A DNA stretch of 64,000 nt. Origin: an uncultured Candidatus Saccharibacteria bacterium (GTDB lineage Bacteria; Patescibacteriota; UBA1384; XYA2-FULL-43-10; 1-14-0-10-43-13). Of the stretch, positions 37,329 through 47,788 are shown piece after piece. The stretch is taken from positions 64,450-128,449 of the forward strand of contig CAZVMH010000001.1 in NCBI GenBank assembly GCA_964628585.1, written 5' to 3'. Made by a program: the position numbers and the translations under genes. Every line of letters starts with the position of its first letter. The first letter of the stretch is position 1. Under the pieces are notes generated by a model. That model saw nothing but the letters and a program-made list of their open reading frames with translations, was not told the origin of the DNA and did no database searches.

Positions 37329-38400
37329 TTGGATTACCAATGTGGCTGGAGCCGAGAGAGTGGTTTTAGAAATTAATAAAATCTATCCTCGCGCACCAAT
37401 TTTTACCTCTGTTTTTGATACTAAAAAGGCTAAGCCTTTTTCTAAACTTGATGTTAGGCCTTCTTTCTTGCAAAAATTTCCTCTCGTTAAATCAAAAAGA
37501 GAACTTTTGATTCCCCTGACTCCCTTTGCTTTTGAACAAATTGATCTTTCAAAGTTTAATCTAGTTATCTCAAGTACAACTATGGCGGCAAAAGGAGTTT
37601 TAACTAAACCCGAAGCAATTCATATCTGCTATTGTCATACTCCTGCAAGGTATCTGTGGGAACCTGGAATAGATCCACGCGCGAGCAAAGGTTTTCTTTC
37701 TCCGCTCAAAAAAGGTGTTTCTCGCAGAATGCGAATTTGGGATAAGGTGGCAGCCGATAGAGTTGATTATTTTATCGCCAACTCAAATTATATAGCGCAA
37801 CGAATTAAAAAATATTATGACAGAGATTCAATAGTTGTTTATCCTCCAGTTAACGTAAATCGTTTTAAGGTGGCAGTTAAAAAAGAGATTGGCGATTACT
37901 TTCTTTTTGTCTCAAGATTGGTGGCATATAAGAAATGCGATATTATCATAGAAGCTTTTAATGATTTAGGCTTGCCTCTAAAAATTATTGGCCAAGGATC
38001 GGAGAAAAAACGTCTTACAAAGTTGGCAAAATCAAATATCGAATTTTTAGGGCATCTATCAGACGAGGACATTGCAAATTATTATGCCAAAACTAAAGCT
38101 TTTGTTTTTGCAGCCGAAGAAGATTTTGGTATTGTCCCGGTTGAGGCAATGGCAGCTGGACGGCCTGTAATTGCTTTTAATGGTGGGGGAGTGCGTGAAA
38201 CAGTCATTGATAAAAAAACAGGTATTCTTTTTGACGAACAAACACCACAATGCATTGTAGATGCAGTTAAAAAATTTAATCCAAATGATTTTGATCCAAT
38301 GGTGATTCGAAGGCAAGCTGAGAAATTTAGTAATGAGAGATTCAAAAAAGAGTTTAAAAATGCGATAGATGATATATTAAAGAAAGAGGGTAAAAAGTAG
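37306..38400 (+). CDS. Glycosyltransferase family 4
   Basis: ALVHDW...GAERV, YCHTPARY, EDFGIVPVEAMAAG. Confidence 0.92.
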   Translation: MNIALVHDWITNVAGAERVVLEINKIYPRAPIFTSVFDTKKAKPFSKLDVRPSFLQKFPLVKSKRELLIPLTPFAFEQIDLSKFNLVISSTTMAAKGVLTKPEAIHICYCHTPARYLWEPGIDPRASKGFLSPLKKGVSRRMRIWDKVAADRVDYFIANSNYIAQRIKKYYDRDSIVVYPPVNVNRFKVAVKKEIGDYFLFVSRLVAYKKCDIIIEAFNDLGLPLKIIGQGSEKKRLTKLAKSNIEFLGHLSDEDIANYYAKTKAFVFAAEEDFGIVPVEAMAAGRPVIAFNGGGVRETVIDKKTGILFDEQTPQCIVDAVKKFNPNDFDPMVIRRQAEKFSNERFKKEFKNAIDDILKKEGKK

Positions 38401-38417
38401 GTTGTTCAGGAGGTGGG

Positions 38418-40559
38418 TTGGGTTTTGTTGATGGCATTCGACCAAAAAAACGAAAAGAAGATTCTGGAAGGGAACCGATTTTTTCGGAGTTAATTACTAA
38501 TTCAGATCTTGAAGATAAGCATGAAGAGAGACTACTAAGACTTGGTGATAAGATTCACCAAGAAGTTTTTCGTATTCCAAACAAAAGAGAAATAATTTTT
38601 TCTTCTCGAAAAAAAGTAGGTAATTTTTTTCAAAACTCTCACTTTCCAAAATTTTCAGTAAAGAGCACATTTGTTTTGCTGATGATTGGAATGCTAACTC
38701 TTATTTCTTTAGCCAAAATTCAATCAGTAAAGGCTCAAACAAATCAATTGTCAGAAGAAGCACAGTCTCATTTGGAAAAAGCTTTCTTTGAAATAGAGGC
38801 AGGAGATTTAGCTAAATCCTTGGACGAGGCCAACCTAGCTAAAGATAAAATCGAAGAAATGAAAATGCTAGCCCAAGCGTATGGTCAGGATATTCAATAT
38901 TTTCGTTTGACTCCTTTTAAAAACTCTAAACTTTCGGCGGATGAGCGTCTTTTGGATGCCTCATACAATATAATAAACACAATGACCAGTTTTAATAAGA
39001 CGATTGCACAATCAACTGGTAGTGAAGAAGGTTTTTTAAATAAAAGTTCAAATTATATTCTTAATTTAGAAAAGACCGGTCAGGAAATCAGCGGGGTTCT
39101 AGATGAGAGCCACAAGAAGCTATTGCAGTCAAAGAGCGACTTGGAGAAAATTTGTGATTCGCTTGACTCGAGTAAACAGGAAAATGTTGATAAAGCACTT
39201 GCTGTAATAGACAAAAGTCTCAATTCTATTAGTTTTTTTGGAACATTAGTTAGTCGAGATTTACCCTGGCTTTCTGGCGCAGATGGCACAGATAAGAAGC
39301 TCTTAATATTATTTCAAAATAATGCCGAACTTCGTGGAGGAAGCGGTGGTTCACTTGGTTCTTTTGGCACAGCTCACTTCTCTGAAGGAAAACTAAAAAA
39401 CATTGATTTTGGTAAAAATATATATAAACTTGATAAGCCTTTTGCAGCTTCAACTCACATTGAGCCTCCAGAGATTATCAAATTTCTAAATCCAAACTGG
39501 GTTATGAAAGACTCCGGATGGGCCGTAGATGGACCAGAATCAAGCAAAACGATTTTAGATTTTTATAAAAAGGAAACGGGCGAAACTATTGATGGTATAA
39601 CTATGATAGACACCACAGCAATTGTTTCGCTTTTAAAAGTGATTGGCCCAATAGATATGACAAAGTATGATAAAAGTATAACTGCCGAAAACTTTAGACC
39701 AGAATTAGAAAATGAAGTTCATGAATCATATTTCGACAAGCCAGAAAATTTAATTGAAAATGAACCAAAAAGAATCATTAGTGATATGATGCCCATTTTT
39801 ATTGAAAAAGTTCTTTCTGGTTTGAGCGACACCAATTCAGCAAAAATTCTTGCCTCGTTGTCTAATTCCTTATCTCAGAAAGATATAACTTTTTATTTTA
39901 CAAAAGAAGATTTTCAGCAGAATATTGAAAAGTTAAACTATTCTGGTTCTGTTTTACCCTCCATTGGAGACTATCTATATATTAACAATTCAAATATTGC
40001 TGGGCAAAAAAGCAGTTTAAGCGTTGAAGAAACAGTAAAACTAACTGTTGATATTTCAGCAAACGGAAAGATAACAGATAGTATAAACCTACAACGCAAT
40101 CATAAGGGCAAGGACGAACTTCCAGATGGCATTAATAGAAACTTTGTTCGTCTGCTTCTACCGGAAAATTCAAGTATTTTATCATTCACTCCGGTGACTG
40201 GTAGTTTTGAACAAATGGGGGATCAGGGTTACAAAAATAATTCTCCTTACTGGAATGGAACTGAAGCAGGAAAATCTGTCCTCAACTTTTGGATGACGAC
40301 TAATCCCGGTCAAAAAAGTGAACTCAATTTATCATATGAACCAAACTATAAAGTAGATACATCCAAAGATTTTACATATAATCTGGCTGTTCAAAAACAA
40401 CCGGGCGCTAACCCCGATAATTTAAATGTTACAATTAAATTCCCAGAAGGTTTTACGCCAGCAAATGTAAAAAATTATGATTCTAGAAAACATGAAATTA
40501 ATTTAACTTTTTATCTAGATCAAGACAAAACCTACAAAATCCAGTTTAAGAAAGACTGA
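38418..40559 (+). CDS. DUF4012-domain protein
   Basis: LILFQNNAELRG..G, TM near the N-terminus, NFVRLLLP, QKQPG. Confidence 0.8.
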   Translation: MGFVDGIRPKKRKEDSGREPIFSELITNSDLEDKHEERLLRLGDKIHQEVFRIPNKREIIFSSRKKVGNFFQNSHFPKFSVKSTFVLLMIGMLTLISLAKIQSVKAQTNQLSEEAQSHLEKAFFEIEAGDLAKSLDEANLAKDKIEEMKMLAQAYGQDIQYFRLTPFKNSKLSADERLLDASYNIINTMTSFNKTIAQSTGSEEGFLNKSSNYILNLEKTGQEISGVLDESHKKLLQSKSDLEKICDSLDSSKQENVDKALAVIDKSLNSISFFGTLVSRDLPWLSGADGTDKKLLILFQNNAELRGGSGGSLGSFGTAHFSEGKLKNIDFGKNIYKLDKPFAASTHIEPPEIIKFLNPNWVMKDSGWAVDGPESSKTILDFYKKETGETIDGITMIDTTAIVSLLKVIGPIDMTKYDKSITAENFRPELENEVHESYFDKPENLIENEPKRIISDMMPIFIEKVLSGLSDTNSAKILASLSNSLSQKDITFYFTKEDFQQNIEKLNYSGSVLPSIGDYLYINNSNIAGQKSSLSVEETVKLTVDISANGKITDSINLQRNHKGKDELPDGINRNFVRLLLPENSSILSFTPVTGSFEQMGDQGYKNNSPYWNGTEAGKSVLNFWMTTNPGQKSELNLSYEPNYKVDTSKDFTYNLAVQKQPGANPDNLNVTIKFPEGFTPANVKNYDSRKHEINLTFYLDQDKTYKIQFKKD

Positions 40560-40673
40560 ATATTCGTTTTTGCTATTACTCAAGTCTTGTCTTGAATTGG
40601 TCCGCATGATACAATGAGTGGGCATAAGGCAAGTGGAGGGGCTATTCACTGATTTTTTATTGATGGAGAAAAA

Positions 40674-42759
40674 TATGGTAGGGAAAGAAGAAAAGATCGT
40701 GTCATCGAACGAATATGATGCTTCAAAAATTACAGTTCTAGAGGGATTAGCGCCGGTTAGAAAAAGACCTGGCATGTACATTGGAGGAACTGGAGTAGAT
40801 GGACTTCATCACTTAATTTGGGAAGTCATTGATAACTCAATAGATGAGGCAATGGCTGGTTTTTGTAATAAAATTTTAATTACGTTGCATAAGGACGGTT
40901 CAGTCTCTGTTGATGATAATGGTCGCGGAATTCCTGTTGATGTTGTAAAAGCGACTGGTAAGTCTGCTCTTGAAACTGTTCTAACTGTTTTGCATGCTGG
41001 TGGTAAGTTTGGTGATGGTGGATACAAAGTTTCAGGTGGTCTTCATGGTGTTGGTGTTTCTGTTGTAAACGCATTGAGTACCTGGGTAAAGGCTGAGGTA
41101 AGAAAAAGCGGGAAATTATATTTTCAACAGTACGATAGAGGTGTAGCCAAGGAAGATATTAAAATTATTGGCGAGGCAGATTCAACTGGTACTAAAATTA
41201 CTTTTTTACCCGATCCGGAAATTTTTAGTGATACTACTTTTTCGTATGCAACAATTTTAAATCATTGTCGCCAACAGACCTACTTAACTAAAGGCGTGAT
41301 GATTACAATTAATGATGAGAGAGATGAAGGTGGTGTATCTAAAACTGAAACCGACACTGTTTTAACTAAAGAATCAGAACCCAATATCGAAACCGATACT
41401 GAAGAAGACAGTGACCATACTGGACGTGGTTCTTTGAGTGAAGAGGAAAAGGAATCCGCAAAAGAAAAGATTGGACATCAATCATACTCATTCTATTTTG
41501 AAGGTGGAATTTCCTCATATGTTCGCCATATAAACAAAAACCGCGAAGCCCTAATTGACCCACCAATGTATGTGGAGCGTGAGTTAAATTCGGTTGTGGT
41601 GGAACTTTCACTTGCTTACACGAACGATTTTAAAGAGCACACTTACACTTTTGCCAATAATATCAACACGGCTGAAGGCGGGACGCATCTAACAGGTTTT
41701 AAGACTGCATTAACACGTGCCATCAATGATTATGCCAAAAAACATTCTATTGTTGAAAAGGGCACAACCCTAACGGGTGAAGACGTTCGAGAAGGTCTAA
41801 CCTGTATACTTTCGATAAAATTGGCAGAACCACAGTTTGAAGGCCAGACAAAAGCTAAACTTGGTAACACAGAAGTTCGTTCCATTGTTGAAACAGTCAC
41901 AGCTTCAGCTTTGGGTGAATATATGGAAGAACATCCAAATGAAGCAAAAAAAATCATTGAAAAGTGTTCTTTATCTGCTAGAGCTCGTATGGCCGCCCGC
42001 GCCGCCCGAGATACTATTATAAGGAAAGGCGCACTCGAAGGAATGACATTACCTGGTAAGTTAGCAGATTGTTCTTCTCGCGACTCAAGTAAAACTGAAA
42101 TTCATATAGTAGAGGGAGACTCAGCTGGTGGTTCAGCCAAGCAGGGACGAGATAGAAGTTTTCAGGCCATTTTACCACTTCGAGGAAAAATTTTAAATGT
42201 AGAACGAGCCAGACTTGATCGAATGCTTACATCAGACGAAATAAAAGCGTTAATTGTTGCACTTGGTATCGGCATTGGCGAAGAAATTAATTATGCAAAA
42301 TTACGTTATGATCGCATTATTATTATGACAGATGCAGATGTAGATGGTGCCCACATTCGCACTTTGCTTTTGACTTTCTTTTTCCGTAATTTTCCAGAGT
42401 TAATTGAAAAAGGTCATGTTTATATTGCTCAGCCACCTCTTTTCTCTGTGGCAAAGGGCAAAGAAAAGCTTTGGGTCTACTCCGATAAAGAGCGTGATGA
42501 GGCCGTTGTTAAACTAAAGAAGGGCAACGAAGAAGCTGGTGGAATTATGATACAACGATTTAAAGGTTTGGGTGAAATGAACCCTACACAGCTTTGGGAT
42601 ACTACAATGAATCCAGAAAACAGAATTCTGCTGCAGGTTAATGTGGGTGACGCGGAAAGAGCAGACGAGATCTTTTCAATGCTAATGGGCGATCAGGTTG
42701 CCCCTCGAAAGAAGTTTATTCAAACTAGAGCAAAATCAGTTAAGAATTTGGATACTTAA
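40674..42759 (+). CDS. gyrB: DNA gyrase subunit B
   Basis: VRKRPGMYIG, EVIDNSIDE, GGLHGVG, VEGDSAGG, PLRGKILN, MTDADVDG; exact start uncertain. Confidence 0.97.
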
Positions 42760-42761
42760 TT

Positions 42762-45743
42762 ATGAATGAAGATAATTTGGAAAAAGATATGGAAGAAGAA
42801 AGCAACGATCAGCCAGAAATGGTTGATGGTCTTGATGTGGATGCTGAGGAATCAACAGAAGACATTGAAGAGACATCTCAGGAATCAGGATCTGATTCCG
42901 ACAATGACAATGATCATGCGGATGAGCTAGCGAGTGATCCAATTGTGGTTGAAGAAACATTTGTGCAGGATGTTGGGCATTTGCATTCACGAGACCTTCG
43001 TCTTGAAATGGAAACCTCCTATCTTGATTATGCAATGAGCGTTATTGTTTCTCGTGCCCTTCCTGATGTTAGAGATGGCCTGAAACCAGTTCATCGTCGA
43101 GTTCTTTATGCAATGTATTCAACTGGACTTCACCATAATGTTAAATATCGTAAATCTGCCAAAGTTGTCGGTGAAGTTATTGGTAATTTTCATCCTCATG
43201 GTGACGTAGCCGCTTACGATACTTTGGTGAGAATGGCTCAAGATTTCTCGATGCGTTATCCAATGGTAGATGGTCAGGGTAATTTTGGCTCAATGGATGG
43301 GGATTCTGCTGCTGCTATGCGGTACACAGAATGTCGAATGTCTTCTATTGCTGGAGAAATGCTCCAAGATATTGATAAAGATACAGTTGATTGGCAGGAC
43401 AACTATGATGGTACAACACAGGAGCCTAAGGTTTTGCCTGCTCGTGTCCCCCAGCTTCTCTTAAATGGCACAATGGGTATTGCAGTTGGAATGGCTACCA
43501 ATATTCCACCTCACAATCTTGGCGAACTTTGTCATGGTGTTATGGCCCTTATTGATAATCCAGAAGCAACAGTAGATGATTTGATGGAATTTGTAAAAGG
43601 ACCAGATTTCCCAACTGGCGGCAATATTTACAATACTGAAGATATAAAACTTGCTTACGCTACAGGTAAAGGCAAGATTATGATGCGGGCAAAGGCCGAA
43701 ATTGAGGAAACAAAAAGAGGATATCGCATCATAATATCAGAAATTCCATATCAGGTGAACAAAGCCACCATGATTGAAAAGATTGCTGATCTGGTCAAAA
43801 ATAAAAAGATTGATGGTATTTCAGATCTTCGCGATGAATCTGACAGGAAAGGCGTTAGAGTAGTAATAGAATTGAAATCAAGTTCGTATCCAAAGAAAGT
43901 TTTGAATCGTCTTTTTGAACTGACTCCAATGCAGACTGCTTTTCATGTTAATATGCTTGCTTTGACACCAGAACTTGAACCAAGAGTAATGACCCTAAGG
44001 GATGTTTTGCTTCACTATATAGATCACAGAAAGATTGTAATAGCTAGAAGAAGTGAGTTTGAATTAAAAAAAGCTAAAGACAGAGCACATATTTTAGAGG
44101 GGCTAAGAATTGCTCTTGATCAAATTGATAAAATCATAAATACAATTCGCGCTTCAGCAAATAAGGAAGAGGCAAAAAAAAATTTAATGTCTGGTTTTTC
44201 ATTATCAGACAAACAGACAGATGCAATTTTAGAGATGCGTCTTTCGGCATTGGCTGCACTTGAGCGAAAAAAAATTGAAGACGAATACAACGAGATGCTA
44301 AAGAGAATAGCGTTTTTGGAAGATATTTTAGCTCATCCTGAAAAGATTTTGGGGCTAATTAAAAAAGATTTAAATGAAGTTGTCGATAAATTTGGTGATG
44401 AAAGAAGAACAACTATTATCCCACATGCTTTAGGTGATTTTTCAGCCGAAGATCTAATTCCAAATCAGTCTGTAATAGTAGCTCTTTCTCGTGGTAATTA
44501 CATTAAGAGACAGGAAGTTGACACTTATAGAAAACAAACGCGAGGTGGCATTGGAGTGGTTGGAATGACAACAAAAGAGGAAGACATTGTTGATCATTTG
44601 GTTTGTGCTAACACGCATGATGACATTTTCTTATTTACAAATAAGGGCAGGGTTTTTAAGAGTAAAGTATATGAACTGCCAGTTTCTGGTCGTCAATCTA
44701 AGGGAACACCGGTAATAAATATTGTTCAGATCGCTTCTTCGGAAAAAGTAACTGCGCTTTTAACTGTAGCCAAAAATGACAATGGTGATAAATACTTTGT
44801 TATGGGTACAAAAGATGGTCAGATTAAAAAGACAGAAATTGAAAAGTATGAAAATATAAGAAAAACTGGAATTATTGCCATGGGGCTCAAGGGAACAGAT
44901 GAATTAAAGTGGGTAAAAACTTCAGTTGGAGATGATGTAATTGTTGAGGTCTCTCAAAAAGGTCAAGCAATTTGCTATCCAGAAACAGATGTTCGTCCAA
45001 TGGGCCGAAGCGCTAGCGGTGTAACTGGAATGAGGATGAAAAGTGGCGACCAAGTAATGGCAATGGAAGTGATTCCAAAGAGCTTGGCAGGATTTGAATC
45101 AAATAGTCGGGGTGCAGACATGCTAGTCGTTCTTGAAAATGGTTTTGGCAAACGAACAATGCTTAAGAATTTCCATCTACAAAAACGGGGCGGAATGGGC
45201 ATTAAAGCAGCTAATTGCACACCCAAAACCGGTAATTTAATTGGTATTCATGTCACCTATAATGACCTGGGAGACGTTATTCTTGCTTCAGAAAAAGGCC
45301 AATTTATCAGAATGGAATTAAATAAAATCAAACGGCTTGGACGAGATACACAGGGTGTAACTTTAATGCGTCTTAAAGACAACGATAAGGTTTCATCTGT
45401 TGCAATCATAATGCCAGATGAAAATAAATCAGAAAATAAAGAAATTCCAAAGGATCAACCTAAAGAGATTAAGACCAAAAAAGAAGATTCTGATGTAAAA
45501 AGCAAACTCAAAAATAGGCCACCTTTAGAGCCAATAAAAGTACATTTTTATGAAAAAGAAGGAGATGAGGATTCGAAAGATATAGAAAATGAGAAGCAAG
45601 GTGAGAAATTTCATATTAAATCATACAAACATGAAACAGGCGTAGAAGATACTTCTCAAGAAGAAACCAAAGACGATACCCCCAAAAATCCTCCAATTCA
45701 AAAAGACACAGTTAATTATTGGGGCGGGAACAAACATAAGTAG
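42762..45743 (+). CDS. gyrA: DNA gyrase subunit A
   Basis: RALPDVRDGLKPV, HPHGD, AAAMRYTE, GyrA-box QTRGGIG, beta-pinwheel repeats. Confidence 0.97.
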   Translation: MNEDNLEKDMEEESNDQPEMVDGLDVDAEESTEDIEETSQESGSDSDNDNDHADELASDPIVVEETFVQDVGHLHSRDLRLEMETSYLDYAMSVIVSRALPDVRDGLKPVHRRVLYAMYSTGLHHNVKYRKSAKVVGEVIGNFHPHGDVAAYDTLVRMAQDFSMRYPMVDGQGNFGSMDGDSAAAMRYTECRMSSIAGEMLQDIDKDTVDWQDNYDGTTQEPKVLPARVPQLLLNGTMGIAVGMATNIPPHNLGELCHGVMALIDNPEATVDDLMEFVKGPDFPTGGNIYNTEDIKLAYATGKGKIMMRAKAEIEETKRGYRIIISEIPYQVNKATMIEKIADLVKNKKIDGISDLRDESDRKGVRVVIELKSSSYPKKVLNRLFELTPMQTAFHVNMLALTPELEPRVMTLRDVLLHYIDHRKIVIARRSEFELKKAKDRAHILEGLRIALDQIDKIINTIRASANKEEAKKNLMSGFSLSDKQTDAILEMRLSALAALERKKIEDEYNEMLKRIAFLEDILAHPEKILGLIKKDLNEVVDKFGDERRTTIIPHALGDFSAEDLIPNQSVIVALSRGNYIKRQEVDTYRKQTRGGIGVVGMTTKEEDIVDHLVCANTHDDIFLFTNKGRVFKSKVYELPVSGRQSKGTPVINIVQIASSEKVTALLTVAKNDNGDKYFVMGTKDGQIKKTEIEKYENIRKTGIIAMGLKGTDELKWVKTSVGDDVIVEVSQKGQAICYPETDVRPMGRSASGVTGMRMKSGDQVMAMEVIPKSLAGFESNSRGADMLVVLENGFGKRTMLKNFHLQKRGGMGIKAANCTPKTGNLIGIHVTYNDLGDVILASEKGQFIRMELNKIKRLGRDTQGVTLMRLKDNDKVSSVAIIMPDENKSENKEIPKDQPKEIKTKKEDSDVKSKLKNRPPLEPIKVHFYEKEGDEDSKDIENEKQGEKFHIKSYKHETGVEDTSQEETKDDTPKNPPIQKDTVNYWGGNKHK

Positions 45744-45786
45744 CTCTCAAATTGCTTTTTAACAAATTTTATTGTATTATTTTAGC

Positions 45787-47664
45787 ATGCCTAGAAACCC
45801 AAAACGAAAACTTAGCAAGAAAGAACAAAAAGCAATCGACAAGAATGTTCTTTTGCCAATAAAACAAACAGCAAAAGAAGAGAAAATAGAAAAGAAAAAA
45901 ACTGTTTTATTGCCAGAAGTCGTCTCTGTCAAAGATTTTGCTGACAAAACCAATTTGCCAGTTACGAAAATTATTACCGAACTAATGAAAAACGGCGTAT
46001 TGGCCAACATTAATCAAACCATCGATTTCGATACAGCTGCTATTATTGGAGATGAATTAAATCTTAATATTGAAAAAGAGCAAATTGGCGAAGAAAAATC
46101 AGAAATAGAAGTAAAAGAATCTCTTTCTAAAGAAGCAAATCTTAAAACAAGACCACCAATAGTAACAATTTTAGGGCATGTAGATCACGGCAAAACGTCT
46201 CTTTTGGATTACATTCGTAAAGCTCATGTTGCTTCAGGCGAATCTGGTGGGATAACTCAACATATTTCAGCTTATCAAATTACACTAGAAAAATTAAAAG
46301 CGACAAAAATTAAACATAGAACCATTACTTTTATTGATACGCCTGGCCACGCCGCTTTTTCTGCTATGAGAGAACATGGAGCTGCGATCACAGATATTGC
46401 CGTTATTATTGTTGCGGCAAATGACGGTGTCAAACCACAGACAATCGAGGTTATTAAATCGGCACAGGGAAGTAACGTTCCAATAATAATTGCTATTAAT
46501 AAAGTAGATTTGCCAGAAGCCGATGTAATGAAAACAAAACAACAATTGGCAGAATATGAACTTGTTCCAGAAGAGTGGGGCGGAAAAACAGTTATGGTGG
46601 AAGTTTCAGCCAAGACAGGCAAAGGAGTGGACGATTTATTGGAAATGATATTACTTCAGGCCGATATGATGGATTTGAAGGCAGATGAAAGCTCAAAAGC
46701 GGTTGGAGTTGTAATTGAATCACAAATGCAAAAAGGCAAAGGTGCTGTTGCAATGGTATTGGTAGAAAACGGAACATTAAATCAAGGTGATGCAGTTGCA
46801 ATTGGTGCAAGTTTTGGTCGAGCAAGAATTCTGGAAAACTTTAAGGGAGAAAATATTAAATCGGCTCTACCAAGCACTCCAGTCCGAATTGCTGGGCTTA
46901 AATCTTCTCCTGAGTTTGGTGACAAACTAGTTGTTTTTGATTCGGAAAAGGAAGCCAAAGAAGCTGCATCAAAAAATTTGACCACATTACCTTCAGTCCA
47001 AATGGCAACAGCAAAAAGAATGTCAGAAGACGGAGAAGATAATTCTGAAATTCTAGAATATAGAGTCATTTTAAAAGCAGATGTTAAGGGTTCGCTTGAA
47101 GCGATTAAAAAATCTTTATCAGAGATTAGAAGCACCGATATCAATTTAAAGATTATTTCTGAAGGGATTGGAGCTATTTCAGAATCAGATATTACTCTAG
47201 CTAAAGCTTCTAGAACAACCGTTATTGGATTTCGAGTAAAGGTGCTTGGGGCGGCTAGAAAAATTGCCGAAACTGAAAATATTAAACTTAAAACTTTTGA
47301 TATTATTTATGAGCTAATAGATCATATTCGTTTTGAAATGGCTGAGATGTTGCCACCAGAAATTATTGAAGAGGAATTGGCAAGCGGTACGGTCCTTGCT
47401 ATTTTCCGTGATGATAGAAAAGGTTTTGTTGCTGGCGGTAAAGTTGAATCAGGTGTCATTTCTCTTAATGACAAAATTAAATTTTATCAAAATGAGAATG
47501 AAAAATATCGTGCTACGGTACTTTCGTTGAGGAAGGAAAAGGGCGAAGCTAAAGAAGTAAATTCTGGCTCCGAATGTGGTTTCGGTTTGCCTCCTTTCTC
47601 CAAAGTCTCTGTTGGCGACAAATGGGTTGCCTTTAAGACAATTGAGAAAAAAAGATCGCTATAA
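45787..47664 (+). CDS. infB: Translation initiation factor IF-2
   Basis: RPPIVTILGHVDHGKT, GGITQHI, DTPGH, NKVD, KADVKGSLEA. Confidence 0.97.
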   Translation: MPRNPKRKLSKKEQKAIDKNVLLPIKQTAKEEKIEKKKTVLLPEVVSVKDFADKTNLPVTKIITELMKNGVLANINQTIDFDTAAIIGDELNLNIEKEQIGEEKSEIEVKESLSKEANLKTRPPIVTILGHVDHGKTSLLDYIRKAHVASGESGGITQHISAYQITLEKLKATKIKHRTITFIDTPGHAAFSAMREHGAAITDIAVIIVAANDGVKPQTIEVIKSAQGSNVPIIIAINKVDLPEADVMKTKQQLAEYELVPEEWGGKTVMVEVSAKTGKGVDDLLEMILLQADMMDLKADESSKAVGVVIESQMQKGKGAVAMVLVENGTLNQGDAVAIGASFGRARILENFKGENIKSALPSTPVRIAGLKSSPEFGDKLVVFDSEKEAKEAASKNLTTLPSVQMATAKRMSEDGEDNSEILEYRVILKADVKGSLEAIKKSLSEIRSTDINLKIISEGIGAISESDITLAKASRTTVIGFRVKVLGAARKIAETENIKLKTFDIIYELIDHIRFEMAEMLPPEIIEEELASGTVLAIFRDDRKGFVAGGKVESGVISLNDKIKFYQNENEKYRATVLSLRKEKGEAKEVNSGSECGFGLPPFSKVSVGDKWVAFKTIEKKRSL

Positions 47665-47788
47665 AATTATCAGTTTTCTTTAATAGAATGTCATATTAAT
47701 CGCATAAACAATTAGATTAATACAGATGTCAATGATTGACTCATAAATTAGTAATAGTGTATTCTTTAATAAACTGATAGATTTATGA

